Positions 28,032-38,819 of a DNA stretch of 64,000 nt are shown here, one piece after another. The position numbers and the translations under genes are program-made. Each line of letters begins with the position of its first letter. Position 1 is the stretch's first letter. Where the stretch lies: NCBI GenBank assembly GCA_028819235.1, contig JAPPMC010000129.1:28-64027 (forward strand), in the 5' to 3' direction. The notes under the pieces are model-generated. The model saw nothing but the letters and a program-made list of their open reading frames with translations, was not told the DNA's origin and did not search any database. This DNA is from Bryobacterales bacterium. Its GTDB lineage: Bacteria > Acidobacteriota > Terriglobia > Bryobacterales > UBA6623.

Positions 28032-29849
28032 CTACGCCCTGGCAGGCCTTGGGCTGACCCGAAGGGCGATTCCCAGCTCGGTGAGGTTGCGCACAGGCAC
28101 GGTGTTGGGGGCTTGGCACATGAGGTCAGTGCCGCGTGCAGTCTTGGGGAAGGGAATTACGTCGCGAATCGTCGTCTCCCCCGCGAGCAGCATGATCAGC
28201 CTGTCCAGACCGAGCGCGATGCCGCCGTGGGGCGGCGTGCCGTACTGCAGTGCCTCCAGAAAGAAGCCGAACCTGTGGCGGGCCTCCTCGGGCGTGAAGC
28301 CGATTGCCTCGAAGACTCTCGACTGGATGTCTTGGCGATGGATTCGTATCGAGCCCGAGCCGAGTTCCACTCCGTTCAGAACCAGGTCGTAGGCCTTCGA
28401 GCGGCATCCTCCCGGGTCCGATCCGAGCTTGCCGACGTCGTCTTCGTGCGGCGAAGTGAAAGGGTGGTGCGCCGGACTCCAGGACGCTTGGTCGGAATCC
28501 CACTCGAACATCGGGAAGTCCGTGACCCAGAGGAATCGCAGATCGCTGTCGTCGAGCAGGCCGTGCCGGTCGGCAAAGAGGTGCGCGATTCGCCTGTTGA
28601 TCGCCCCAGCCGACTCGAGAACGGTCTGGTCCGGTCGCGGCCCTGACGGGACCCCAAGCCCCGTGACCAGCACGATGAAGTCGTCGTCTCCGGCGTCCAG
28701 ACGCTCTCTCACCCCTGCCATCTCCTCGGGCAGTTTTCGGGAGAGTCCCCGAAAGTCGTCGAAGATCCGCAGGCCGAGTTCGGCCGCCGGAGCGCGGAAT
28801 TGCTCGCGCTCCCGTCGCGTGAGGTGCCCCACTCGCGGCGTGCGGATCGCGACGAGCGGTCCGCCGAGCGGCAGATCGCCCGGAGCGATCACGTCTGTCA
28901 CCACCGCCATCGGGGGAAGGCGCAAATCCGGCTTGTCCGAGCCGTAGCGTTGCATGGCCTTCGCGTAGCTCATGCGCGGAAGCGGCAGCGGAGGTGGGGA
29001 AACGGCCGCCGATTCGCACACCCCGTGGATCAGGCGCTCGACGACCTCAAGGACGCTGTCTTCCCTTGCGAAGGACATCTCAAGGTCGATCTGCGTGAAT
29101 TCCGGTTGGCGGTCCGCCCGCAGGTCCTCGTCCCGAAAGCAGCGCACGACCTGGAAGTATCGGTCGTAGCCCGCCACCATCAGCAGTTGCTTGAAGATCT
29201 GTGGGGACTGCGGAAGGGCGTACATCGTGCCGGGCTGAATGCGGCTCGGCACAAGGAAATCCCGTGCGCCCTCGGGCGTCGAGCGGGTCATGAAGGGCGT
29301 CTCGATCTCGAGAAAGCCCTGATCGCTCAGCGATGTCCGGACGGCGGCGGTGATCGCATGCCGGAGCTGGATGTTGCGCTGCATTTGCGGGCGGCGAAGG
29401 TCGAGGTAGCGGTACTTCAGCCGGGTATCCTCACCGACGGACGCACTGTCGTCCTCGTCGAGCTGGAAGGGAGGGTTCACCGCGACGTTCAGCACCCTCA
29501 CTTCCTCGGCTACGAGTTCGACCTTGCCTGTCGCGAGATTGGGGTTGTAGGTGTCCTCCGACCTGTGCACGATGCTTCCCCGCACCGCGATTACGTATTC
29601 GTTGCGCAGCGTCTCGGCCTTGGCGTGGGCCATCGGCTGGGTCTCGACATTGAAGACGACTTGGGAGATGCCGGTCCGATCCCGCAAGTGCAGGAACAGC
29701 AGGCCGCCCAAGTCCCGCTTCCGGTGCACCCACCCCATGAGAGTCGCCTCGGCTCCGATGTGGCGCTCGCGGATCTCTCCGCAGTAGTGGGTACGCTCTA
29801 GGCTGCCCAGCGGCTCTGGGTCTGGAGCTGAGCCCTGACGGTGTGGCAT
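28032..29849 (-). CDS. aspS: Aspartate--tRNA ligase
   Basis: RTHYCG, RYRYLDLRR, STPEGARDF, CFRDEDLRADRQPEFTQ, GSIRIH, PPHGGIALGLDR. Confidence 0.97.
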   Translation of the reverse strand: MPHRQGSAPDPEPLGSLERTHYCGEIRERHIGAEATLMGWVHRKRDLGGLLFLHLRDRTGISQVVFNVETQPMAHAKAETLRNEYVIAVRGSIVHRSEDTYNPNLATGKVELVAEEVRVLNVAVNPPFQLDEDDSASVGEDTRLKYRYLDLRRPQMQRNIQLRHAITAAVRTSLSDQGFLEIETPFMTRSTPEGARDFLVPSRIQPGTMYALPQSPQIFKQLLMVAGYDRYFQVVRCFRDEDLRADRQPEFTQIDLEMSFAREDSVLEVVERLIHGVCESAAVSPPPLPLPRMSYAKAMQRYGSDKPDLRLPPMAVVTDVIAPGDLPLGGPLVAIRTPRVGHLTRREREQFRAPAAELGLRIFDDFRGLSRKLPEEMAGVRERLDAGDDDFIVLVTGLGVPSGPRPDQTVLESAGAINRRIAHLFADRHGLLDDSDLRFLWVTDFPMFEWDSDQASWSPAHHPFTSPHEDDVGKLGSDPGGCRSKAYDLVLNGVELGSGSIRIHRQDIQSRVFEAIGFTPEEARHRFGFFLEALQYGTPPHGGIALGLDRLIMLLAGETTIRDVIPFPKTARGTDLMCQAPNTVPVRNLTELGIALRVSPRPARA

Positions 29850-30358
29850 TACTTCTCGTCTCGGTACTGGCGTGACAGGGCGACGTAGCGGGCGGCGTTC
29901 TCCCGCGTCCGCTCGACCTCTCCGTCCGTGACAGTCCGCTTGATCTTGGCGGGCACCCCTGCAACCAGGCTGCGCGCCGGTACTTGGTGGCCGCCTCGCA
30001 CAACGGCTCCGGCGGCTACGATCGAACCCGCGCCGATCCGGGCCTTGCTGAGGATGGTCGATCCCATTCCGATCAGGCAATCGTCTTCGACTGTGCAGCC
30101 GTGCACCGTGCAGGAGTGGCCCACCACGACACGGTCACCAATGGTCAATGGCGCGTCGTCGTCCTCGTGCAGGCAGCTGTTGTCTTGGACGCTCGTCTCC
30201 TCTCCGACCACCACGGGCGACGTGTCCCCGCGGATCGTGACATTGCACCAGACGCTGGAGCGCGCCCCGATCGATACGTCCCCGATCAATTCCGCGCTGC
30301 GGTCGATGTAGGCGCTGGCCTCTATCGAAGGCGACGCGCCCCGAAAGCTTCGGATCAT
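29849..30358 (-). CDS. Gamma carbonic anhydrase family (YrdA-like) protein
   Basis: Hexapeptide repeats, RGD, QDNSCLH, GHSCTVHGC (three His ligands). Confidence 0.92.
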   Translation of the reverse strand: MIRSFRGASPSIEASAYIDRSAELIGDVSIGARSSVWCNVTIRGDTSPVVVGEETSVQDNSCLHEDDDAPLTIGDRVVVGHSCTVHGCTVEDDCLIGMGSTILSKARIGAGSIVAAGAVVRGGHQVPARSLVAGVPAKIKRTVTDGEVERTRENAARYVALSRQYRDEK

Positions 30359-30598
30359 GGCACGGAGGGGAGCGGCCGCGCAAGACGGGGCCGCGGGCGA
30401 GGATCAGATCAGCCCGAAAGTGCAGTGGGCGACCTTGGTCCAAACATATCACAGGGGCGTACCGCACAGCGGTCCCCGCCTCAAGTGCAAGCCCCGGTCT
30501 CGGTCGGGCTCGGACAGCCCCTTCGGTATACTTCTCCCTTTGCTGCGGCTGCACCGAGGCAGCCCGCAAGCAGACCGCAGGGTCCGCAAGGCTCTCTC

Positions 30599-31813
30599 GT
30601 GCCGGAACAGGTCGTCAGGCAGCGCTCCCGGGGTTTCATCTGTGTCAATGCCCATCCCTTGGGTTGCGCTCAGGTCGTAGAGTCCCAGATAGCCAACACG
30701 CGTCGCGCCATGGAGGGGACCAAGGCAGCGGACCTGCGAAATGTACTAGTGATCGGAGCGTCGACTGGCTACGGGCTGGCCACCCGGATTGCGGCTGGTT
30801 GGGGACTGGGCTGCCGCACCCTCGGAGTGTTCTTGGAGAAGCCGCCAGCGCGGCGCCGGACTGCGAGTGCGGGCTACTACAACTCGGTGGCCCTTCACGC
30901 CGCCGCCAGCCGAGATGGGATGTGGGCTCGCAGCGTCAATGGGGACGCATTCTCCGACGGAGTGAAAGATGCGGTCTGCCGGATCGTGGCCGGCGACATG
31001 GGCGGACAGGTGGACCTCGTCGTGTACAGCGTCGCGGCCCCGAAGCGGTCCAATCCCCGCACCGGGACCGTGCACACCTCAAGCCTGAAGCCCATAGGCC
31101 AGTCGTATAGCGGTAAGACGATCGACCTGGGCCGATCCTCTGTGACCAACGCGACCGTTCCGCCAGCGCGGCAGACCGAGATCAACGACACAGTCGCCGT
31201 CATGGGCGGACAGGACTGGCGCTGGTGGATCGAAGCGTTGCTCGCCCGGGGGCTGTTGGCTGCTGGGGCCCGTACCGTCTCGTACAGCTACGAAGGTCCA
31301 GAGTTGACATGGCCCATCTACAAGCACGGCACCATCGGCGCTGCTAAGCGCCACTTGAGGGCGACCGCCGACCAACTCAACCGCATGCTTGCCGACCGTG
31401 TGGGCGGGGGGGCCTGGATCTCGGTTAACAAGGCGGTGGTTACGCAGGCGTCTTCGGCTATCCCGGTCGTACCGCTTTATGTCAGCCTGCTCTTTCGCGT
31501 GATGAAGAGCATCGGGCTTCACGAGAGCTGTATCGACCAGGCGAATCGCCTATTCGCGGGTCACCTGTGCAGGCCCGGGGGGCCTCGCGTCGACAGCCGA
31601 CGCATGATTCGCCTGGACGACCTGGAGATGAGAGAGGAAGTTCAGGCGGCTGTATCTGAGAGTTGGCCCCGCGTAGACACGGAATCGCTCAACGACCTCA
31701 CGGACTTTGCAGGGTTCCGCCGAGACTTCAACCAGCTCTTCGGATTCGACGTGCCCGGCGTTGACTATTCCAAACCGGTCGAGACGCAACTGACGGTGCC
31801 AGCGGTACGGTGA
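30599..31813 (+). CDS. fabV: Enoyl-ACP/trans-2-enoyl-CoA reductase FabV
   Basis: RGFICVNAHPLGC, GASTGYGLA, NGDAFS, VMGG.DW, IY..GTIG.AK, KAVVTQASSAIP, FGF..GVDY. Confidence 0.93.
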   Translation: MPEQVVRQRSRGFICVNAHPLGCAQVVESQIANTRRAMEGTKAADLRNVLVIGASTGYGLATRIAAGWGLGCRTLGVFLEKPPARRRTASAGYYNSVALHAAASRDGMWARSVNGDAFSDGVKDAVCRIVAGDMGGQVDLVVYSVAAPKRSNPRTGTVHTSSLKPIGQSYSGKTIDLGRSSVTNATVPPARQTEINDTVAVMGGQDWRWWIEALLARGLLAAGARTVSYSYEGPELTWPIYKHGTIGAAKRHLRATADQLNRMLADRVGGGAWISVNKAVVTQASSAIPVVPLYVSLLFRVMKSIGLHESCIDQANRLFAGHLCRPGGPRVDSRRMIRLDDLEMREEVQAAVSESWPRVDTESLNDLTDFAGFRRDFNQLFGFDVPGVDYSKPVETQLTVPAVR

Positions 31814-32340
31814 AGAGAATGGCGTCCAAGAGCAGCAAGAAGCACCGGAAGCTCGCCGCCCAGCGCGGGCCAGTTACTGTGGCCGTGGTGACCGTCAGCG
31901 ACAGCCGGACGCCGAAGACTGACGCCAACGCAGCCTACTTGTCCGAGGCAATCCAGGAGTCGGGGAACGTGCTGCATTCAATTCGCATCGTCCCCGACGA
32001 GCCTTCGCTGGTATCGGCGGCCCTTGACGAGCTATGCGCTGCAGCGCCAGTTCAGGTGATCCTGTTCAACGGCGGGACAGGCATCTCGAGGCGGGACCGG
32101 ACCTACGACGTCCTGAGCGCGCGCTACGAGAAAGAACTGACCGGTTTCGGGGAGCTCTTTCGGATGCTGAGCTACGAGGAGATCGGCTCGGCTGCCATGC
32201 ACTCGAGGGCATCGGCAGGCGTCGTCGAGGGAACGGTAGTCGTTTCCGTGCCCGGTTCTCCGGGGGCCGTGCGGCTGGCCTGGAAGAGCCTGCTGGGTCC
32301 CGAACTCGCCCACATGGCTTGGGAAATGGTGCGGGACTGA
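31810..32340 (+). CDS. moaB: Molybdenum cofactor biosynthesis protein MoaB/Mog
   Basis: VVTVSDSR, GGTGISRRDRT, GFGELFRMLSY, SRA, PGSP. Confidence 0.9.
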   Translation: MKRMASKSSKKHRKLAAQRGPVTVAVVTVSDSRTPKTDANAAYLSEAIQESGNVLHSIRIVPDEPSLVSAALDELCAAAPVQVILFNGGTGISRRDRTYDVLSARYEKELTGFGELFRMLSYEEIGSAAMHSRASAGVVEGTVVVSVPGSPGAVRLAWKSLLGPELAHMAWEMVRD

Positions 32341-32360
32341 CACCGGGGAGAGGCCCTTCA

Positions 32361-32786
32361 GTGTCTGGAATCGCGGCACTCGCGCGCATAGCGGGCGTAG
32401 CCGCGTTGGCTATCGGCCTAGCCTGCCAGGATGCGCCGACCCGCTCGGCGAAGGATATCGAGGGTGCCGTGGCCAGCTACCTTGCCTCGCGCACGGACCT
32501 CAACCTCGGCGAGGTACATGTCAAGGCGACGCGAATCCGGTATGACGGCGACCGCGCCGTGGCGTCGGTGTCGATAACGGCTGCCGGCGATCCGCAGGCC
32601 GTGATGACCATGCTCTACGAGCTGCAGATGGGACCCTCGGGTTGGGAGGTGACCCCACCGGTCTCAAGGTCCCAGGAGGACGGGTTCGCTACCGGTGAGA
32701 GCTTGCCTCCTGGCCACCCGCCGCTCCCGGCTCCGCGTGAGGAACTCCCGCCCGGTCATCCGCCCCTGAATGGCGGCGGCCGGTAA
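32361..32786 (+). CDS. Putative lipoprotein with twin LPPGHPPL C-terminal repeats
   Basis: GTG 32361; lipobox-like GLAC; LPPGHPPL twice near the C-terminus. Confidence 0.7.
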   Translation: MSGIAALARIAGVAALAIGLACQDAPTRSAKDIEGAVASYLASRTDLNLGEVHVKATRIRYDGDRAVASVSITAAGDPQAVMTMLYELQMGPSGWEVTPPVSRSQEDGFATGESLPPGHPPLPAPREELPPGHPPLNGGGR

Positions 32787-32811
32787 GGCCGTCGCTACAA
32801 TCGAGGCTTCC

Positions 32812-34104
32812 ATGGTTCACGATCGGTCCAGCGCCCTCTTCGAGCGGGCGCAGCGCGTCATCCCGGGCGGGGTCAACTCTCCCGCCCGAGCCTTCCGCGC
32901 CGTAGGCCGGGAACCCGTCTTCATCCGAAATGGAGAAGGCTGCCGCATCTGGGACTGCGACGGCAACGAGTACATCGACTTCGTCGGGTCTTGGGGGCCG
33001 CTGCTGCTAGGCCATCGCCACCCTGTGGTTGTGGAAGCGCTCCGGGAAGTGCTCGAGGTAGGCACGAGCTTCGGCGCTCCGACCGAGGCCGAGGTGGAAC
33101 TGGCCGAACTAATCGCGGAGCTTGTGCCGTCGGTCGAGACCGTCCGTCTGGTGAATTCCGGGACGGAGGCGACGATGAGCGCCCTGCGGGTCGCGCGGGG
33201 CTTCACCGGTCGCGACCTGACGGTGAAGTTTGTGGGCAACTACCACGGCCATGTCGACTCGCTGCTGGTTCGCGCGGGCTCCGGCCTCGCCACGCTGGGC
33301 ATCTCGGACTCTGGCGGCGTTCCTGCGGCCTTTGCCGGCACGACCCTGCCGCTGGAGTTCAACGACATCGGGGCACTCGAAAGGGCCTTCGATCGCCGCG
33401 GAAACGAGATTGCGTCGGTCATTGTCGAGCCCGTTGCCGGGAACATGGGTTGCGTCCCGCCGCACCCCGGCTTCCTGCAGGCTTTGAGGGATCTCTGCAC
33501 GAAGCACGGCGCAGTCTTGATCTTCGACGAGGTGATGACGGGCTTCCGGGTGGCACTTGGCGGGGCGCAGAGCCTGTACGGTGTCATGCCGGATCTGACT
33601 ACGCTCGGCAAGGTGATCGGCAGCGGGTTGCCGGTGGGAGCCTTCGGCGGTCGCCGCGAGATCATGGAGCGGGTCGCCCCTCTCGGGGCCGTCTATCAGG
33701 CGGGGACGCTGTCGGGAAATCCGCTGGCAGTTGCCGGGGGACTGGCCGCGCTGCGGCACCTAAGCGAGAATCCCGGTATCTACGACCGGCTGGAAACCGC
33801 AGCCGCGCGCCTCCAGGCTGGCGTAGTCGGCGCGGCCGATGCCGCAGGCGTCGAGATCACTAGCAACCGCGTGGGAGCCATGCTCACGTTCTTCTTCACC
33901 GGAAGAAAAGTGCGCTGCTGGGAGGATGCTGCCACCTGCGACACGGGAGCATTCGCTAGGTACTTTCGGGAGATGTTGGGGCGGGGTATCTACCTGCCGT
34001 GTTCCCAGTACGAAGCGCTATTCGTCGCTACCAGCCATGGCGACGGAGACATTGATCGCGCCGTCGCTTGCGCGGCCGACGCGTTCGCCAGCATGGCGCG
34101 ATAG
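32812..34104 (+). CDS. hemL: Glutamate-1-semialdehyde 2,1-aminomutase
   Basis: IPGGVNSP, SWGP, NSGTEATM, YHGH, FDEVMTGFR, GKVIG.GLPVG, YQAGTLSGNP. Confidence 0.97.
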   Translation: MVHDRSSALFERAQRVIPGGVNSPARAFRAVGREPVFIRNGEGCRIWDCDGNEYIDFVGSWGPLLLGHRHPVVVEALREVLEVGTSFGAPTEAEVELAELIAELVPSVETVRLVNSGTEATMSALRVARGFTGRDLTVKFVGNYHGHVDSLLVRAGSGLATLGISDSGGVPAAFAGTTLPLEFNDIGALERAFDRRGNEIASVIVEPVAGNMGCVPPHPGFLQALRDLCTKHGAVLIFDEVMTGFRVALGGAQSLYGVMPDLTTLGKVIGSGLPVGAFGGRREIMERVAPLGAVYQAGTLSGNPLAVAGGLAALRHLSENPGIYDRLETAAARLQAGVVGAADAAGVEITSNRVGAMLTFFFTGRKVRCWEDAATCDTGAFARYFREMLGRGIYLPCSQYEALFVATSHGDGDIDRAVACAADAFASMAR

Positions 34105-34121
34105 CTGCCGGACCGGTCCCG

Positions 34122-35936
34122 TCAGGTCCCAAAAGGACGCGCGTCTCGAACCACGATCCGACCGCTGCGGCGTCCCCTCCATTCGTTCACCTGTAGCGAG
34201 CCGGCCAAGTCGAAGCGGCCCACGGTCGACCAGCCAGCCGTGTGGAATTCGGACTCGTCCAGGAGCCCGAGCCGCTTGGCCCAGTTCGGCGGGGGATTCC
34301 ACCACACCGCCTCAAAGCGGGCACGTTCCGCGACGACGTTCAGCAACAGGTGCCCGTTCTTCAGGACTCGGCCCTTGGCCAGCTGGCAGTCGCGGATGCC
34401 GAAGAGGGGGGAGCGAAGCCCTTGGCCCCACGGTGCCAGTCGCGTTAGTGCCTCGGCGGACTGCAACAGCATCCCCATCCGCAGCCAAGAGCCCGGCAGG
34501 CGCGCGTCGATGATGTGGGTCGGCTCTGTCGGGAATCCGCCGGCCCCCTTGCGCACGTCGAAACGCTCCATCATGAACTTTCGGAATGGTTCTAGGCTCT
34601 CCGGCTCGAGTCCGACGCCGCAGGCCGCGGCATGGCCCCCTCCGGAGTCCAGAATCCCGGCCTCCTTCGCCTCGTTGACAGCGAGGCCGAGATCGAAGCC
34701 GAGCGAACTCCTGCCGGATCCGGCAAGGCTGCCGTCCTCGCGCATTGCCAGCGCGATAGCAGGCCAGCCAAACTCCCGCACAACACTCGACGCGAGCAGC
34801 CCGACGGTCCCAGGCGTTGCCACATCGGTGACGTGCACGTTGACCGGACCACGGGCCAGTTGGGCGCGGCATTCGTCGCTGTCAAGCTCGCGTCGGGCCC
34901 GCTGGCCCAGCTGGACACGCCGGCGGTTGAGCTCGTCTAGCCGGACGGCCATCTCTTGCGCCCTCGCCGGGTTTGCCTCGCGCAGGCAGCGAGACGCTAG
35001 GTCGGATTCGCCCATTCGAGAGCCGGCATTCAGCCGTGGTCCGATTCGCCAGCCGAAGTCGTCGATCGAGTGCCTCTCCCCAACGCCGGCGCACTCTGCA
35101 ACGCTCGCGATCCCTAAGCCTACGGCGTCGGGGTCGTCCATCAGGCGCAAGCCGGCGCGCAGCAGCGATCGATTGAAGGGTGTATTGACGGGCATGACGT
35201 CACATGCCGTGCCGAGGGCGGCCAAGAGAGTGATGCGTTTGCGGACCGCCAGCGTGGCGCCCGCACGGAGACCCGCGAGGCGCAGAATCGCCCTTGCGAC
35301 GAACCAGGTGAGCCCGGCCGCGCACAGCGTGCCCTGCTCGCCCGGATCCGGTGACCGGGTGACCCAAGGGTTTACGAGCACGGCCGACTCCGGAGGCTGG
35401 TCGCTGTGCGGTGGGTGGTGGTCCACAACGACTGGGGCGACTCCCCTCTCGCTGCTGATTCCGTCGATCAGAGGCCCTGCTGCCGTGCCGCAGTCGAGCA
35501 CGGCCAGGTGGGAGACACCCGCCTCGGCCAGGCCGGCCATGCAGCGCTCGTTCGGCCCGAATCCCTCCCTGTTTCTCCGTGGAACGGTCACGAACGGATC
35601 CCCATTACCGGGGAACACGGCCCTCAGGGCCTCGATCAGGATTGCCTGAGACGTGGCTCCGTCGACGTCGTAGTCGCAAAGGATCCCGATCCGGCCAAGC
35701 CTAGAGGCACCCAGCAGGCGCTTGGCGGCCCGTTCTACGCCGTCGGGTTGCCCAATCGCGCGAGTGCACTCGGCCAGGGTGCGCGTTCTCAGGCAGTCCA
35801 CCGTGTCAAGGTCCCAGTCGCGCGTCGCCAGCGCCATCGCAATCGGGCGCGGCAGGTCTAGCGCCCGCCCGATTTCCGTGGCTCGGCGGTCCAATTCCGG
35901 CGCTTCCACGGGCCAGGCCCAGGCGAAGGTCTTCAT
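34122..35936 (-). CDS. recJ: RecJ-like DHH/DHHA1 single-stranded DNA exonuclease
   Basis: DYDVDG, DCG, DHH, VNP, GPRLNA.SR, GSGRS, GGHAAACG, P.GQG...P.F. Confidence 0.85.
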   Translation of the reverse strand: MKTFAWAWPVEAPELDRRATEIGRALDLPRPIAMALATRDWDLDTVDCLRTRTLAECTRAIGQPDGVERAAKRLLGASRLGRIGILCDYDVDGATSQAILIEALRAVFPGNGDPFVTVPRRNREGFGPNERCMAGLAEAGVSHLAVLDCGTAAGPLIDGISSERGVAPVVVDHHPPHSDQPPESAVLVNPWVTRSPDPGEQGTLCAAGLTWFVARAILRLAGLRAGATLAVRKRITLLAALGTACDVMPVNTPFNRSLLRAGLRLMDDPDAVGLGIASVAECAGVGERHSIDDFGWRIGPRLNAGSRMGESDLASRCLREANPARAQEMAVRLDELNRRRVQLGQRARRELDSDECRAQLARGPVNVHVTDVATPGTVGLLASSVVREFGWPAIALAMREDGSLAGSGRSSLGFDLGLAVNEAKEAGILDSGGGHAAACGVGLEPESLEPFRKFMMERFDVRKGAGGFPTEPTHIIDARLPGSWLRMGMLLQSAEALTRLAPWGQGLRSPLFGIRDCQLAKGRVLKNGHLLLNVVAERARFEAVWWNPPPNWAKRLGLLDESEFHTAGWSTVGRFDLAGSLQVNEWRGRRSGRIVVRDARPFGT

Positions 35937-36063
35937 CGCTGGGAAAGGTTCGCCCGATCTTCGTCGCTGAGGCAGTCTTCAAGCGCCCGCAGGCTCCAGT
36001 CGTCTTGACGGGAAGGATCCACGCCCAGGCGGCCGCGTGCCTGGATCGGGCGGTTGCGCGGCT

Positions 36064-37650
36064 TCACTTCGCCTTGGCTCCTGCCGCCCCGGATGCGCGG
36101 TCGGCCGCTCGGTGCAGGCGGCGGGCTATTCCGATTTCTTTTTCCGGGCGAAGAAGAGGGAAGAGGATAACGTCGCGGATCGTTGGGGAGTCCGTGAGCA
36201 ACATCACGAGCCTGTCAATGCCGATTCCCTCTCCCGCTGTCGGGGGCAGTCCGTAGCACATGGCGCGGACGTAGTCCTCGTCGACCGCGTGGGCCTCGGC
36301 GTCCCCAGCAGCCCGTGCGGCGGCCTGTTCCTCAAAGCGCCTCAGCTGTTCCAACGGGTCGTTCAGCTCAGAGTAGCCGTTGGCGATCTCCATTCCCCCA
36401 CAGAACACCTCGAAGCGCTCCACCCAGTTTGGGTCGTCCGCCTTCTGCTTTGACAGGGGAGACGCTTCTACCGGGTAGCCGTGCACTGCCGTCGGCTGGA
36501 TCAGACGTGGCTCGCAGGCCGCCTCGAATAGGCGAAGGAGCGCCAGTCCTGCCGAGATCCCGTCCGGAAGGTCGATCTCTGTCCCGTACCGGGACTTGAG
36601 CCCGGCGGCAAGCTGGCGGAGGCTGCCGATATCGTGCAGGTCGTCGACCTGCGGCCTTGTTCGCGGGTCGGGCCAATACTCCGACACCGCTTCGTGCATC
36701 GTCAGCCGCTGCAGCTTTGAGAAGTCGATCCGGTGTTCTCCAAACTGGGCCGTGTGGCCACCGTCCAAGGCCGCTTCTGCCGACGCCTGCAGGAGTTCCT
36801 CGGTGAAGCCCATCAGCACCTTGTAGTCGCTGTAGGCCTCATAGAACTCGAGCATGGTGAACTCGGGGTTGTGCTGCTTGGAGATCCCCTCGTTGCGGAA
36901 GTTCCGGTTGATCTCGTAGACGCGGTCCAGCCCGCCGACCGTGAGCCGTTTCAGGTACAGCTCCGGTGCGATGCGCAAGTACAGATCGACGTCTAGCGTG
37001 TTGTGGTGCGTCTTGAACGGCCGGGCGTGGGCGCCGCCATAGAGAGGCTGCATCATCGGTGTCTCGACTTCGATGTAGCCTCGTTCCACGAATCGCTTGC
37101 GCAGCGCCCGGATGATGCGGTCGCGCGTGACGAACGTGTCCCTTACGGCATCGTTGGCGATGAGGTCCACGGCCCGCTGCCGGTATCGAATCTCCACGTC
37201 CTGGAGGCCGTGGAACTTCTCTGGGGGCGGCAAGATCCCCTTGGCAAGGAATTGCAGGGCGCTGGCCCGAACGGTCAGCTCGCCAGTCCTCGTGCGAAAT
37301 ACGCGTCCCTCGACCCCGATGCTGTCGCCGGCATCCAGCAGCTTGTACAGCTCGAAGTCACGCTCTTCGACCTCGTCCCGGCGGACATAGATCTGGATAC
37401 GGACTCCGTCCTGCCTCATGGTGGCAAAGCCCGCTCGGCCCTGCCTACGCTTTGTGATGAGGCGTCCGCAGATCCTGGCCGCAGGCTGGTCTCGCTCTAG
37501 ACTCTCGCCGTCAAGCGGGTCGTATGCTTCGCGGATCTGCGCTACCGTCTTCGAGAATTCGAAGCGGTGCGGGTAGGGCTCGAAACCGAGCTCCTTGATG
37601 CGCGCGATCTTTGCGTACCGCTGCTGGAAGATTCTCTCGGCTGGGGACAC
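36064..37650 (-). CDS. lysS: Lysine--tRNA ligase (class II)
   Basis: RYRQR, EVETPM, GGAHARPF.THHN, LRIAPELYLKRL, FRNEG...HNPEF, ELNDP, GIGIDRL. GTG 37650 chosen as start. Confidence 0.97.
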   Translation of the reverse strand: MSPAERIFQQRYAKIARIKELGFEPYPHRFEFSKTVAQIREAYDPLDGESLERDQPAARICGRLITKRRQGRAGFATMRQDGVRIQIYVRRDEVEERDFELYKLLDAGDSIGVEGRVFRTRTGELTVRASALQFLAKGILPPPEKFHGLQDVEIRYRQRAVDLIANDAVRDTFVTRDRIIRALRKRFVERGYIEVETPMMQPLYGGAHARPFKTHHNTLDVDLYLRIAPELYLKRLTVGGLDRVYEINRNFRNEGISKQHNPEFTMLEFYEAYSDYKVLMGFTEELLQASAEAALDGGHTAQFGEHRIDFSKLQRLTMHEAVSEYWPDPRTRPQVDDLHDIGSLRQLAAGLKSRYGTEIDLPDGISAGLALLRLFEAACEPRLIQPTAVHGYPVEASPLSKQKADDPNWVERFEVFCGGMEIANGYSELNDPLEQLRRFEEQAAARAAGDAEAHAVDEDYVRAMCYGLPPTAGEGIGIDRLVMLLTDSPTIRDVILFPLLRPEKEIGIARRLHRAADRASGAAGAKAK

Positions 37651-38016
37651 GCTGTCGCCTCGCAGGGGGGCCAGAATCCCCATCGTAGCCCAGCACGGGG
37701 TCCGGTCAGCCTCCGCCGCGAGTGCAGCCCGCGCGCACGCAGCCCGCGTCAGCGATGCCTGTGACATACGGGTTCGTGTTCCAATTCCCTTCCGCAGGGA
37801 GGGCGGGGCCGACCGCTGGAGCGACTCGAATTGCCTAGGGACTCCACCGGGTCTCCCTGACGTCAATCAACACGCCGCTGGTCAGGTACGCCGGGTGCCG
37901 GAGACGTGCATGGGTGGATGGGACGGGCTCAAGGGCAACCAACCGCGAGTCTGTCACGGACGTCGAGGCGTAGGACCCGCAGACGCACATCGCTCGCGAA
38001 CACCGGCTCTGGGCTA

Positions 38017-38652
38017 TCAGTTCTTCCCGTTGACGTTTCCCCGCCTGCGCTGGCTTCCGGCATTGATGACCAGTCCTACGGCCCGAGGAAGTGGAACCGA
38101 GACCCTCACCCCGTAGTTGTTCGACCTCGCCGGCTGGACCTTGCCAACTTGGAAGAAGGATCGAGCGGAGAACACGCTGTTGCCGTGAGTTTCGTGGATC
38201 TCCGCGTGCCAGCGACGAACGCCGGGCGCGGCCAGATGGATCGGTCGCTGAACCGGCATGCCGAACTCGGTAGCGAAGTAGCCGTTCGAGACGTCGAATT
38301 CGCGCACGATCGTAGCGCTCGTTCCCATTCGCACGTTGATTTCCTTGAGCACATTGTTGTCCACCAAGGTGAGCTGAACATTCTCATTGCGCCGGCTCTC
38401 ACCGGTCTCGGTGTCAACCTCACCGAGCAGATTCATCTCGGTGCGTGCCTGACGGCGCTCCTGATCGACTTGGCCCGAAGCGGAACCTGCGTTATCGCCG
38501 ACGGAATCGAGGCGGTCTGGAGGCTCAGCCAGCATCTCGGCGGAAGACTCGTCCCTATCCGAGGGTTCACGCTGAGCGAGCGCCGCTTCGCCTGCGGACA
38601 GGATCAACGCAAGCAGCAGACCGCCCGCATAACACAGCCACCCGTGGGTCAC
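38017..38652 (-). pseudogene. Truncated N-terminal fragment of an Acidobacteria-type TonB-dependent receptor-like gene
   Basis: Signal peptide, then GESRRNENVQ...GNSVFSARSFFQVG...NNYG (N..F.AR.FF motif of Oar-like receptors); stops after about 210 aa, where a full barrel would be far longer. Confidence 0.6.
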
Positions 38653-38819
38653 TCCGCGTTGCGGCACCGTGGTCTGGTGACCACGTCCCATCTGATACCG
38701 AGGAGCGTACTGGGGCGACGGTAATCGCATGGTCGAGGCTCTCGAAGGTCTCGCCCCCTAACTGTAGGTTGATCGACAGTCGCGCGACCGATCGGACGAG
38801 GGCTCGGTAGGCAGGACAA

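Noticed and set aside
29984-30598. Apparent 200-aa N-terminal extension of FabV (and similar extensions on aspS, lysS and coxII)
   Set aside because: They overlap neighbouring genes or promoter regions; family homology starts at the downstream start codons chosen.
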